Below are positions 36,940 to 48,580 of a stretch of DNA of 64,000 nucleotides, piece after piece; the stretch's first letter is position 1, and every line of letters begins with the position of its first letter. The stretch spans positions 1-64,000 of the forward strand of contig JAXLNO010000110.1 of NCBI GenBank assembly GCA_038087875.1, read 5' to 3'. This DNA is from Malacoraja senta (taxonomy: Eukaryota). The notes beneath the pieces were generated by a model. That model was not told where the DNA came from and did no database searches. It saw only the letters and a program-made list of their open reading frames with translations. A program made the translations under genes and the position numbers.

Positions 36940-38125
36940 CTTGGTCTGTGCGAGCGTGTTGGAGAATTGGAATGAGCTGTAGTTGTTGTGTACATGGACT
37001 TCAGCAAAGCATTCAACAAGGTTCCACATGGTAGGCTGCTCTGGAAGGTTAGATCGCATGGGAACCAAGGAGAGATAGCTGAATGGAAGGAAACAGATTG
37101 GCTTCATGGAAGGAAACAGAGGGTGATGGTGGAAGGTTGCTTCTCGGACTGGAGGCCTGTGACTAGTGGTGGGCCTCAGGGTTCGGTGCTGGGCCCGTTA
37201 CTGTTTGTCATCTACATCAATGATTTGGATGAGAACATACAGGGCAAGATTAGCAAATTTGCTGATGATACAAAAGTGGGTGGTTTTGCAGATAGTGAAG
37301 ATGGTTGTGAAAGATTGCAGCAGGATCTGGATCGATTGGCCAGGTTGGCGAAGGAATGGTTGATGGAATTTAATACAGAGCAGTTTGAGGTGTTGCATTT
37401 TGAGACGTCTAACAAGGGCAGGACCTACACAGTGAATGGTAGGCCTCTGGGGAGTGTTGTAGAGCAGAGGGATCTAGGAGTGCAGGTGCATGGTTCCTTG
37501 AAGGTGGAGTTGCAGGTAGATAGGGCGGTCAAAAAGGCTTTTGGCACATTCATTAGTATTGAGTATAGAAGTTGGGAGGTCATGATGCAGTTGTATAAGA
37601 CGTTGGTGAGGTCGCATTTAGAATATTGTTTTCAGTTCTGGGCACCATGTTATAGGAAAAATGTTGTCAAGCTGGATAGGGCACAGAGAAGATTTACTAG
37701 GATGTTGCCAGGACTAGAGGGTCTGAGCTGCAGTGAGAGGTTGAGCAGGCTGGGACTCTATTCCTTGAGGGGTGATCTTATAGAGGTGTACAAAATCATC
37801 AGAGGAATAGATCAGGTAGACGCACGGAGTCCCTTGCCCAGAGTAGGCGAATCGAGGACCAGAGGACATAGGTTTAAGGTAATGGGGAAAAGATTTAGTA
37901 GAGGTCTGAGGGGTACATTTATCACACAAAGGGCTGTGGGTGTATGGAACAAGCTGCCAGAGGAGGTTTAAGAAACAGTTAGACAGGTTTATGGATAGGA
38001 CAGGTTTGGAGGGATATGGGCCAAAAGCAGGCAGGTGGGACTAGTGTAGCTGGGACATGTTGGGCAGTGTTGGCAGGTTGGGCTGAAGGGCCTGTTTCCA
38101 TGCTGTATCACTCTATAACTCTATG
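36940..38125 (+). mobile_element. CR1 LINE 3' part (second subfamily); mirror 57764-58949 (-)
   Basis: 327-aa RT C-terminal ORF (YMDFSKAF.KVPH, PQGSVLGP, FADD) and a CTCTAT tail. Confidence 0.93.
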
Positions 38126-38683
38126 AGCTGCAACCACTGTTTTAGCTGCTGGCTTTTACAAAATGGTGTCAGATGATCTTCAAATAGGCCTTATGTCCCA
38201 TAAAATGGATGCCAGTATCTCCAACATGGCTGCCACTGGTTGTAAGATGGTTACCAGTCTCTAAAATGGCTGCCAGTCTCTAAAATGGTTGCTGGGGCCT
38301 TGTCTGATGGATCCATCCAAGCTGTGTTTTCAGCTGGAACATATAAGCCCACATTACCCTCGATTAACATCTGCTCAAAGTTTTGTCACAGTTCCAAAAC
38401 ACCCGCCTTAGTGTGTGCAAAGGAACTATTTTAAGATTTATGTCCTCCCGAGGCATGATAAAGAAGAAAAGTGGGCTTTTCTGTTGGTCTCTTGCCGATT
38501 TGTGAATCTTCTAAAGTGGTTCCAAGCCGACGATTGTTCCTGAAATGTTGTTAACGTCAGGAATCACACAGCACCGAAACAGACCCTTCGGCCCAACTTG
38601 CCCAGCCAACCAAGATGTCCCATTTACACTGGCCCATATCCCTCTAAACCTTTCCTATCCGTGTACCTGTCCAAATGTTTTTT

Positions 38684-39601
38684 TTTATTTTTTTTAATTA
38701 TTTTTATTAGAAGTACGGTAAATTACAGTAATACACAACACTTATATCTTAATACATTCTTTATACCGCTTCATTTTTTAAAGCTTTAAGAGAAAGATAG
38801 AAGTAAGAAAAGTAAAGAAAGTGCGCAAGAGTCGTGAGGTGCAAGAGAGTGTTGTGAAAAGAAAGCCCCTTAGAAAAGAAGTTAGAGAAGGAAGTAAAGT
38901 AAGAAAGTAGATCCTAGAAAAGAAAGAAAAAGAAAGTAGGAACAATCGCAGAAAGGGAACCACCGACCAAGTCTGTTTTTATTGTTTTACCTCCCATTAC
39001 CAGGTCCTGATACCATTTCTTTATTTATTTATTTTTTAAATTACTATTGCACCTCATGCTTGTAATAGGTCCAAAAACGTAGACCACGTCTTTTGGAATT
39101 GGTCTGCTTTCCCTGCTAAGAGGAATCTCATCTCTTCCAGATGTAATGTTTCCAACATATTTGATGTCCACATTTTTATTGTTGGTGTGGGCGCATTTTC
39201 CCAGAATTTAAGTAGAAGCCTTTTTCCCATTATTAGCCCGTAATTGAATAAGTTCTTCTGATACACGTTTAATTCAGGGATACCTTCCGATATTCCAAAA
39301 ATGATCCATTCTGGTTTTGGTACCAGTTTTATTTTAATTAATTTTGAGAAAATATCAAATATTTCATACCAGAATTTTTGGATTTTTGTACAAAAAACAA
39401 AAGAATGCGCTATGGTAGCTTCTTGACATAGACATTTATCACAGATTGGTGAAACATTAGGAAAGATTTTATTTAATTTAGTTTTTGAATAATATAGTCT
39501 ATGTAATGTTTTGAATTGGATGAGCGTATGTCGTACGTTGATCGAACATTTATGCACCTGTAGTAAGTGGTTATCCCAGCTCTCTTTTGAAATTTTTATA
39601 G
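38684..39601 (-). mobile_element. 5'-truncated L1 (ORF2 C-terminus + 3' UTR); mirror ~56287-57205 (+)
   Basis: IQFKTLHRLYY...CDKC...HSF..C, related to the full-length L1; poly(A) end; TSD caaatgt(n)tttt at 38672-38683 / 39602-39613. Confidence 0.9.
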
Positions 39602-40101
39602 CAAATGTATTTTAAATGTTGTTATACTAATTGTCTCAACTACCTCCTCTGGCAACTCGTTCCATACACCAATCACCCTCTGATGTGAAAAAATTGCACC
39701 TCTAGTTCCTCTTAAATCGTTCCCCTCTCACCTTAAACCTATGTCCTCTGGTTCTTGATTCCTGGTAAAATATTCTTATATCATCTGTTCCCCTCATGAT
39801 TTTCTTCACCTTTATAACATCACCGCTCATCCTCCAGCGCTCGTAGGAATGAAGTCCTAGCCTGCTCAACCTCTCCCTGCGGCTCAGTCCCTCGAGTCCT
39901 GGTAACATTCTCATCAATTTTCTCTGCACCCTTTCCAGCTTGACAACATTTCCCATTTACCTTTCAGGGAACTATGTACCTGCACTCCAAAACCCCCTGC
40001 TCTACAACACTCCCCAGAACCCTGCCGTTCACTGTGAAGGCCCTGCCCTGTTTGACTTCCCAAAATGCAGCACCCCTCATTCATCTGTATTAAACCCTAT
40101 C

Positions 40102-41146
40102 AGTAGGTTTGTTACAATACTTACATTCAGCGGCGCTGCAATTCTGCCACTGGCCGTGTGCGCGATTTTGGCGCCTTTGAGGGGGGGTCGGGGTTAAAAC
40201 GCGGGTTTCTCCTACCTTGTCCTGTATTATATTTCGTTGGAGTGCCAGCTTTTGCTGAAAAATCGTTCCGACGGGCGTTTTGTGTATTTTTAATTTTTAT
40301 TCGATCTACAAGTTCAGCGCTGGAGTCATTATAAAATCAGCTTCGAAAGCCGTCAACGCCGACAACGGGGACGGATTTCACGCACGGGACAGGTAAACGA
40401 AAGCAGTTTATTTTTGTGTATAAAAGTGCTTCTTAAGAGGCCTTTAATTCACATTTTTTAATGCGAAACGGTGATTCTTTTCCCCGAACTAACAGCAGAA
40501 TTTTTCATGCCGATACGGGTTTAAATTCACCACAAATCAACGTTCCAAATGATCGCGTTCCAGAAAACCCCATTCGCAAGATGATTTAAATGCCCATTAA
40601 TTTACAGGTATTAAACATTAAATTTCTTCCATTTGGCCTGTAAATCCATGACAATGAGATTTAAAAATTATGTTATATTGTGAATTCTTGTGTGAATGTT
40701 ATTTGGACACAGGCTATTTAAAAATGTTAATCTATTCTTAAGAAATTGATAGATGTTTAGATCTAGTAATTAAATTTTGTAATTAGCTACAATTAGGTAA
40801 CTAACTAATTATATGCTTTAATTTCATGTCATCTAAGTAAGATTGTTTCATATTTGTTTCAGAATGCTTCAATCTATAATAACTGAAAATTTCTTTCAGT
40901 TCTCTTAATTTTTAAGAAAGTTATGGGCTTTTGACTGTCCTCGATCACAGCTTTTGTGTTAAGTCAATGGAAAAGCAATAGGGAACAAGATGCTAATTTC
41001 CGAGTATGAAAATGGCCATAACATTTTTAATACTGAAGATATGAAAGTGAATTAGGTGTCAAATTAAACGTCTTTTTATGCTTTATCTGATGGGATAAAT
41101 TACAGACTTGATTTTTAAAATCTCAAAATTTTGTAACATTTCTACT
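40102..41146. mobile_element. Non-autonomous TIR DNA transposon (~1045 bp), superfamily unassigned; mirror 54740-55786
   Basis: TIR AGTAGGTTTGTTACAA / TTGTAACATTTCTACT (13/16 match), flanking ATC duplication, and clean interruption of a CR1. Confidence 0.85.
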
Positions 41147-41224
41147 ATCAGCCATTCCTTAGCCCAGCTGCCCAGCTAATCAAGAGATCATTTTGAATGA
41201 ATGAATGAATGAAGAAGACTGAAA

Positions 41225-43091
41225 AGCAGGACTTCTAGGGTGGTTATCTCTGGATTGCTTCCAGTACCTCGTGCTAGTGAGGGCAGGAGCAGGGAGATAG
41301 GGGATCTGATTGTGTGGCTGAGGGGCTGGTGCAGAGAGCAAGGGTTTAGATTTATAGACCACGGATCTCTTCTGGGGTAGGGGTGACCTGTACAAAAGGG
41401 AGGGGTTACACCTTAACTGGAGGGGGACCGACGTTCTGGCAGGCAGGTTTGCTAGGGGTACACGTTGGGTTTAAACTAAATAGTAGGGGGGAGGGATTAA
41501 CAAATTGGGAGTATAAAGATGGAGTTAAAGGGGAAGTGAGTACAGGAAAAGTTACAAAAGACTCTCGAATTAATGGGAAGGAAAGTTTGAGAAGGGATAA
41601 AAGAGTACGGTCAGGGCCAATTGCGAGCGGGGCGAGGGGGGAAGTGAATACGGAGGTCAAAGTGCTGTATATGAATGTGCGAAGTATAAGAAATAAAGTG
41701 GACGAGCTTGAGGCTGTTAGAAATTGGCAACTATGATGTTGTGGGAATTACTGAGACATGGCTGCAAGAGGGCCAGGGCTGGGAACTGAATATTCAAGGA
41801 TATACCTCCTATCGAAAAGACAGACAGGTGGGCAGAGGGGGTGGGGTAGCTATGTTGGTGAGGAATGAAATTCAGTCCCAATCAAGGGGTGACAATGAAA
41901 CAGGAGATGTGGGGTCAGTCTGGATAGAACTAAGGAATTGTAAGGGTAAAAAGACCCTAATGGGACATCTACAGGCCCCCAAACAGTAGCCTGGATATAG
42001 GGTACAAGTTGAATCAGGAGTTAAAATTGGCATGTAGCAAAGGTAATGCTGTGGTTGTTATGGGAGATTTCAACATGCAGGTAGACTGGGAAAATCAGTT
42101 TGGTACTGGACCCCAAGAAAGGGAGTTTGTGGAGTCCATTATGGATTCTTAGAGCAGCTTGTATTGGAGCCTACCAGGGAGAAGGCAATTTTGGATTTAG
42201 TGTTATGTAATGAACCGGATTTGATAAAGGAACTTGAGGTCAAGGAGCCATTAGGAGGTAGTGACCATAATATGGTCAGGTTTCATCTACAATTGGAGAG
42301 GGAGAAGGGTAGATCGGAGGTGTCAGTGTTACAGTTGAATAAAGGGGACTATGTAGCCATGAGGGAGGAGCTGGCCAAAGTTGACTGGAAAGATACATTA
42401 GCAGGGATGACAGTGGAACAACAATGGCAGGTATTTCTGGGAATAATACAGAAGGTGCAGGATCCATTCATTCCAAAGAGGAAGAAAGATTCCAAGGGGA
42501 GTAAGGGGCGACCGTGGCTGATAAGGGATGTCAAGGACAGTATAAAAATAAAAGGGAAGAAGTACAACGTAGCAAAGATGAGCAGGAAGAAACAGGATTG
42601 GGTAATGTTTAAAGAGCAACAGAAGACAACTAAAAAGGCAATACGGGGAGAAAAGATGAGGTACGAAGGTAAGCTAGCGAAGAATATAAAGGAGGATAGT
42701 AAAAGCTTCTTTAGGAATGTGAAGAGGAAAAAATTAGTTAAGACCAAAGTTGGGCCCTTGAAGACTGAAAAAGGTGAACTTATTATGGGGAACAAGGAAT
42801 GGCAGATGAGTTGAACAGATACTTTGGATCTGTCTTCACTAAGGAGGACACAAACAATCTTCCTGATATAGTAGTGGCCAGAGGATCTGGGGTGACAGGA
42901 GAACTGAAGGAAATCCACATTAGGCAGGAAATGGTGTTGGGTAGACTGATGGGACTGAAGGCTGATAAATCCCCAGGGCCTGATGGTCTGCATCCCAGGG
43001 TACTTAAGGAAGTGGCTGTAGAAATAGTGGATGCATTGGTGATCATTTTCCAATGTTCTATAGATTCAGGATCAGTTCCTGTGGATTGGAG
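41225..43091 (+). mobile_element. CR1 LINE 5' part (ORF1 end, APE, start of RT), cut off by the assembly gap
   Basis: YMNVRSI, GITETWL, SDHN and KSPGPDGLHPRVL motifs; mirror of 52795-54660. Confidence 0.93.
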
Positions 43092-43291
43092 NNNNNNNNN
43101 NNNNNNNNNNNNNNNNNNNNNNNNNNNNNNNNNNNNNNNNNNNNNNNNNNNNNNNNNNNNNNNNNNNNNNNNNNNNNNNNNNNNNNNNNNNNNNNNNNNN
43201 NNNNNNNNNNNNNNNNNNNNNNNNNNNNNNNNNNNNNNNNNNNNNNNNNNNNNNNNNNNNNNNNNNNNNNNNNNNNNNNNNNNNNNNNNNN
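43092..43291. other. Assembly gap (200 N)
   Basis: Run of exactly 200 N. Confidence 1.
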
Positions 43292-43349
43292 GTGACACTT
43301 TGCATACCTTGTGGCTCATCACATGTGGCAATAAAGTATAAACCATTAT

Positions 43350-43580
43350 AGACAATAGACAATAGACAATAGGTACAGGAGTAGGCCATTCGGCCTTTCG
43401 GGCCAGCACCACCATTCAATGTGATCATGGCTGATCATCCCCAATCAGTACCCGTTCCTGCCTTCTTCCCATATCCCCTGACTCCGCTATCTTTAAGAGC
43501 CCTATCTAGCTCTCTCTTGAAAGTATCCAGAGAACTGGCCTCCACCGCCCTCTGAGGCAGAGAATTCCACAGACTCACAG
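43350..43580 (-). mobile_element. CR1 3' tail fragment
   Basis: (ATAGACA)n tail and LWNSLPQRAVEA-coding segment. Confidence 0.85.
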
Positions 43581-43607
43581 AGTGAGAACATTGAGTTTTA
43601 GTGTAAA

Positions 43608-45446
43608 CTAGACTAAGTGGGACCCGTTGGATCCCATGTTCACACGGGAGGGCTGGTCCCCCGACGCAATATTCCACCTCTCCACAAATTCCAATATTGG
43701 TGGCCAGTGGGAGGGGGGGGGGTGGAGGGGGTGCTTTCTGGAGCGCTGGTATGGGTGTTGTTGGCTGCAGGGACTACTGGTCTCCGGAGGGCTAGTATGG
43801 ACATTGTGGGCCAAATGGATTCTTGGGGTGGCAGCTCAGTCCCTCAAGCCTGATGTGCTGGCAGGTCACTCACGGCTGGTGGGCTGGCAGTTGACTCACG
43901 GCTACACCTTGAAATTCCATTTCAAGCAGGGTGCAAGGCCACCAAATTCAAGTGCAGTTTCTTACCTCTTCGAGCAGGGTGGTTGGCCACAAAATTTAAG
44001 TGCAGTTTCATACCACTTCAAGCAGGGTGCAAGGCCACCAAATTCAGGTTCAGTTTCCTACCACTTCAAGCAGGGTGCAAGGCCACCGAATTCAAGTGCA
44101 GTTTCCAACCACTTCAAGCAGGGTGCAAGGCCACCAAATTCAAATGCAGTTTCATACCATTTCATGCAGGGTGCAACGACACCATATTCAAATGCAGTTT
44201 CGTACCATTTCATGCAGGGTGCAAGGCCACCACATTCAAATGCAGTTTCATACCATTTCAAGCAGGGTGAAACCACCATAAAACCACACAAAACACCACA
44301 CTCACAGTTCAGTAGACATTCAATGTGTTCAGTTGTTGATTCACAGCTCAGACAGAGTCGTGACCTCTCCCTCCCCCATCATGCAGAGACTGAGCCACAC
44401 CCACACTTCCGGGTTTTATAATCCCTCACCCACCGGAAAAGGTGTGGCCTTCATGGCGTGATAGACAGGAGAGAGATTCTCAACATTTTTTAAACACAAA
44501 TAACACTTTTATTTTTCATTGATGGGAAGAATCCTCTGCACCTGACGAGCGGAGGGGGACTGAGTAAGATGGCCAAAAATCACAGCCGTAAGTGGTAGCG
44601 TTTTATCTAAAATCAATATATTGCAAACAGGAAGTTGTCAAGTTTAGACAAACAACCATTTGCAGTGCCTTTTCACTTCAACCCAAACAACCCTTTGCAG
44701 TGCCTTTTCATTTCAACCCAAACCCCCCAAATAACCCTTTGCAGTGCCTTTTCACTTCAACCCAAACCCCCCAAACAACCCTTGCAGTGCCTTTTTACTT
44801 CAACCCAAACCCCCCAAACAACCCTTTGCAGTGCCTTTTTACTTCAACCCAAACCCCCAAACAACCCTTTGCAATGCCTTTTTACTTCAACCCAAACCCC
44901 CCAAACAACCCTTTGCAGTGCCTTTTTACTTCATCCCAAACCCCCAAACAACCCTTTGCAGTGCCTTTTTTACTTCAATCCAAATCCCCCAAACAACCCT
45001 TTGTAGTGCCTTTTTACATCAACCCAAACCCCCCACACAACCCTTTGCAGTGCCCTTTTACTTCAAACCAACCACATTTTCATTTTCAAACCACATTAAG
45101 GGCACTCACAATTGGGTAGAAATGTGTTCAGTGTTATTCAGAGCTCAGAGAGACGTGACCCTCTCGCTTCCTCCATCTTGCAGAGACTGAGTGAGGCACA
45201 CCACTTCCGGGTTTTATAGTCCCTCCCCCTCCCACCAGCAGGGGCAGCAGAGAGAATGCCAAAACATTTTAAAACATTAATATCTCTCTGATTTTTCATC
45301 GATGGGAAAAATCATCTGGTCCAGTCCGGCAGAGGGGGGCACTGAGCGAGGTGGCCAGAAATGACGGCCTTAAATGGCGGCGTTCTCTCGGAAATAACAT
45401 CGCAGTGAGTCAAAAGCGGTCAAGATCTTACTTTTAGTTATATAGA
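43608..45446 (-). mobile_element. Non-autonomous Helitron, copy 3 (complete)
   Basis: Minus-strand start TCTATATAACTAAAAG (45446), hairpin TGGGACCCGTTGGATCCCA and CTAG (43608-43611), flanks A43607/T45447. Internal 48-bp (43920-44270) and ~43-bp (44655-45065) minisatellites. Confidence 0.88.
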
Positions 45447-46068
45447 TGTGTATGTGACAGGTTACATGTTGCGCGTGGTGAGCCTGCTTTATTTACTTAG
45501 AATTGCGAGCTAATGAATAACATGTGGTTTTGCAGAATTGCAAAGGGCGTTGTGACTAAAAAGGGAAGAGGCCCGATATCAAGTAGAATCACAGAGAAAA
45601 ACAAGTCTATTTCTATCAAAACATGGGGGGGTGACAATTTCTTGCTGGCCGCACATACACACACACACACACACGAGACTTCGGAGGGTTCGGCCATGGG
45701 CCCTGTGAACGGTAAGATCGGGAGCTGACCTGGTTGGTGACCGACTCCTAACTTCAGCAACAGCAGCTTATTTCACCCCGAATCGTGGGGCTTGAATCGG
45801 CCCATTCGCGGCGCATTCCATCGCCCGGCACGGCTTTAAATCGGCCGCAGCAGTTTGACTGCTTGACCGTGGTGCGATGCAAGATCCCGTGACCGATTTT
45901 AAGCCGCGCCGGGCGATGAAAGGCCCCGCGAACAGGCTGATTCAACCCTTAGAAAGCGTCTGATACCCGCTTGAATCTTTCAAAGGCTACAATGTGATAA
46001 ATAACACTTAAACAAATAAAACTGAAGCAAATCAGGGCAAACAGAAGAACCAAACTTGGAGAGGGGGT

Positions 46069-46109
46069 AGAGAGAGAGAGAAGGAGAGAGAGAGAGTGAG
46101 AGAGAGGGG

Positions 46110-46161
<52 letters not shown>
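46069..46161. repeat. (GA)n microsatellite
   Basis: Seen directly. Confidence 0.95.
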
Positions 46162-46165
<4 letters not shown>

Positions 46166-46312
46166 AAAAATATTAAATAACGTGAGTGACAGTGAATGAG
46201 AGAGTTATCTACAAGCCAGCGAGGAAACACATTCGATTGGAGCCCTTAATGACCTGACCCATTTAATCCGATACCCGTTTAAATCTTTCCCATCCACCAA
46301 TACATCCAATTA

Positions 46313-46574
46313 AGGGCCTGTCCCACTGGCCGATGTTTTCGGCGAATGCCGGCATCATTGACCGTATCAGGTCACCGAAAAATTTGCGGCCTGATGTGGC
46401 ATGATACGGCGTGATGCGGCGGTGACGCGGCATGATGACGTATGATGCGCAGTGTTTTTTCAATGTCACAACATTTTTTTTGTCGCTGCTGGATTTTGAA
46501 ATGTTCAAAATCTTTTGGTGACCATGATATGAAGCCGGCAGTCGCCAAAAAATTCGGCAAGTGGGACAGGCCCT
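46313..46574. mobile_element. PIF/Harbinger-type MITE (262 bp)
   Basis: Perfect 15-bp TIR AGGGCCTGTCCCACT; TTA duplication at 46310-46312 / 46575-46577. Confidence 0.9.
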
Positions 46575-47784
46575 TTAGTTCAAATGATAATTGTACCTGC
46601 ATCAGACAGTTTTAAGAAATTTTCCGTGAATATCTTCAATAATACTTGAAGGTCAAAACACAATTGGTGACACATCGTGTTAATACGATGTTAATAGTGA
46701 CATTTAACAAGCGCTTAAAAGTGACCGTTAACAGATAATTTTCGTCTCAGAGGAAAAGTGATAAATGACTCCAATTGCTGGAGTATTGTATGTGGAATGG
46801 ATGAGCATGGGGGGGGGGGGGGGGGGGGGGAAGGGGGAGAAGGGGATTGTCCCCACCTCACAAAACATGGGGGTTTTGTTCTCTCAATGTGTTGATTGTT
46901 TTCTTGCTGACATTGATATTGTCTCTCGGCTCAAATCGTCACTTGAAAAAAAACATGGGGGACACAATTTCCTGGCCTTTACTCAAACGCACCTTTACTC
47001 ACACTCACCGGGATTCCCCCCTCTGCTCACCAGGGCACACACACACACACACTGCCTCTACTTGCTTTAAAAATGCTATTGACACCGACATCACCGCCAC
47101 CGCCTCGATCCACCAGGACGTCTTGTCCCGCCCCCAGATGCCTCCCTCCTCCAATCATCGCGCTGAATCATCACGTCCTGCCCCCCCTTCCCCCACTGCC
47201 TGCTGCCCGACGTCTCTCGCCAATCAGCACCCTCGATCATCAGTCGCACCCCCACTGTCTCGCGGAAAGCGAAGATTTTTAATTTAAAAAATTTCACTGA
47301 ATTTCAAAATCCAGATTAGAAAACATGGGGGGGATTGTCCCCACCTCTCAAAACATGGGGGGACTGTCCCCCACCTCTGTGCTGATTGTGTGATTAGCTG
47401 GACCCATGACTACTCATGTATATACTGCCTGTGCAAAGAATAATTGAGTGGGACAGCGAGGAGCTGGCAAGTATGTGACCATACTTGCAGTGACTCGCCC
47501 ACTCCCGCGAGCGTAATAAAGTTGTGTCTTTACTATGAGCATCAGTGTTTCGACAAATACAATCAACCCGACGTGCACAAACAAATAAGATCAAATAGAA
47601 CAAGTTGTCCGACAACTTTAGGCTGTGCACGCCATACGCAAGAAGAAGAAGAAGTAGTGTCTGACGGTGTTTGTTCTTCCAGAGTGCAGGCGAGCAGAGT
47701 AGTCGGCAGAGTAGTCTCGCTGGGACTATCACCAAGTGTTTAACAGCACCTCCCCTTTTCCTAATTTGACACCATTCAGGTAAT

Positions 47785-48000
47785 GTGTAAGAAGGAACTT
47801 CAGATGCTGGTTTAAACCGGATAGACATAAAAGCTGGAGTAGCTCAGCGGGACAGGCAGCATCTCTGGAGAGAAGGAATGGGTGACGTTTTGGGTGGAGA
47901 CCCTCCTTCAGACTGGAGACCCAAAACGTCACCCATTCCTTCGCTCCAGAGATACTACCTGTCCCGCTGAGTTACTCCAGCACATTGTGTCTATCTTCAA
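47785..48000. mobile_element. Fold-back element made of two inverted Penelope pseudo-LTR-like halves
   Basis: GCTGGAGTAGCTCAGCGGGACAGG...GGAATGGGTGACGTTTTGGGT is mirrored by ACCCAAAACGTCACCCATTCC...CCTGTCCCGCTGAGTTACTCCAGC. Confidence 0.7.
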
Positions 48001-48580
48001 CAGTGAGATGATCATCAGGGGTCGAGGATGGACGAGCTGCCGAGAACAAAGGAGGAGTCGGTGCGGGATACTTTAAACTTTATCGGCACCCTTTATGTGG
48101 TGACTCTTTGCATACCTTGTGGCTTATCACATGTGGCAATAAAGTATAAAGCATTATAGACAATAGACAATAGACAATAGGTGCAGGAGTAGGCCATTCA
48201 ATGTAATCAGGGATGATCATCCCCAATCAGTACCCCGTTCCTGCCTTCCCCCCATATCCCCATGACTCCATTATCATTAAGAGCCCTATCTAGATGTCTC
48301 TTGAAAGTATCCAGAGAACCGGCCTCCACCGCCGTCTGAGCCAGAGAATTCCACATACTCACAACTCTCTGTGAGAAAAAGTGTCTCTTCGTCTCCGTTC
48401 CAAATGGCTTACCCCTTATTCTTAAACTGTGCCCACTGGTTCTGGACTCCATGAACATCGGGAACATGTTTATTGCCCCTAGCGTGTCCAAACCCTTAAT
48501 AATCAGACGTTAAAAGAAGATCCCTTCTCATCCTTCAAAGCTCCAGAGTATACAAGCCCAGCCGCTCCATTCTCTCAGCA

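Larger units (their letters stand above)
38565..41195 (-). mobile_element. Decayed CR1 fragment split by an L1 piece and a DNA transposon (38565-38683, 39602-40101, 41147-41195); mirror ~54690-57325
   Basis: LERVQRKLMRMLPGLEGL...SRTRGHRFKV peptide; the host sequence rejoins across both insertions. Confidence 0.75.
31889..43091 (+). repeat. Left arm of a large inverted duplication (partner 52795-64000)
   Basis: Mirrored ORFs with coordinate sums of 95886-95889; both ends checked at base level. Confidence 0.97.

Noticed and set aside
36988..37971. 327-aa uninterrupted RT ORF as an active or domesticated gene
   Set aside because: 5'-truncated, lacks the endonuclease and the RT N-terminus, and has internal deletions relative to other CR1 copies.
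43053..43428. ORFs spanning the N run
   Set aside because: Artefacts of the assembly gap.
45560..47400. Scattered AAACATGGGGGG..GTCCCC motifs suggesting another DNA transposon
   Set aside because: I could not identify paired TIRs or a TSD, so it is not called.
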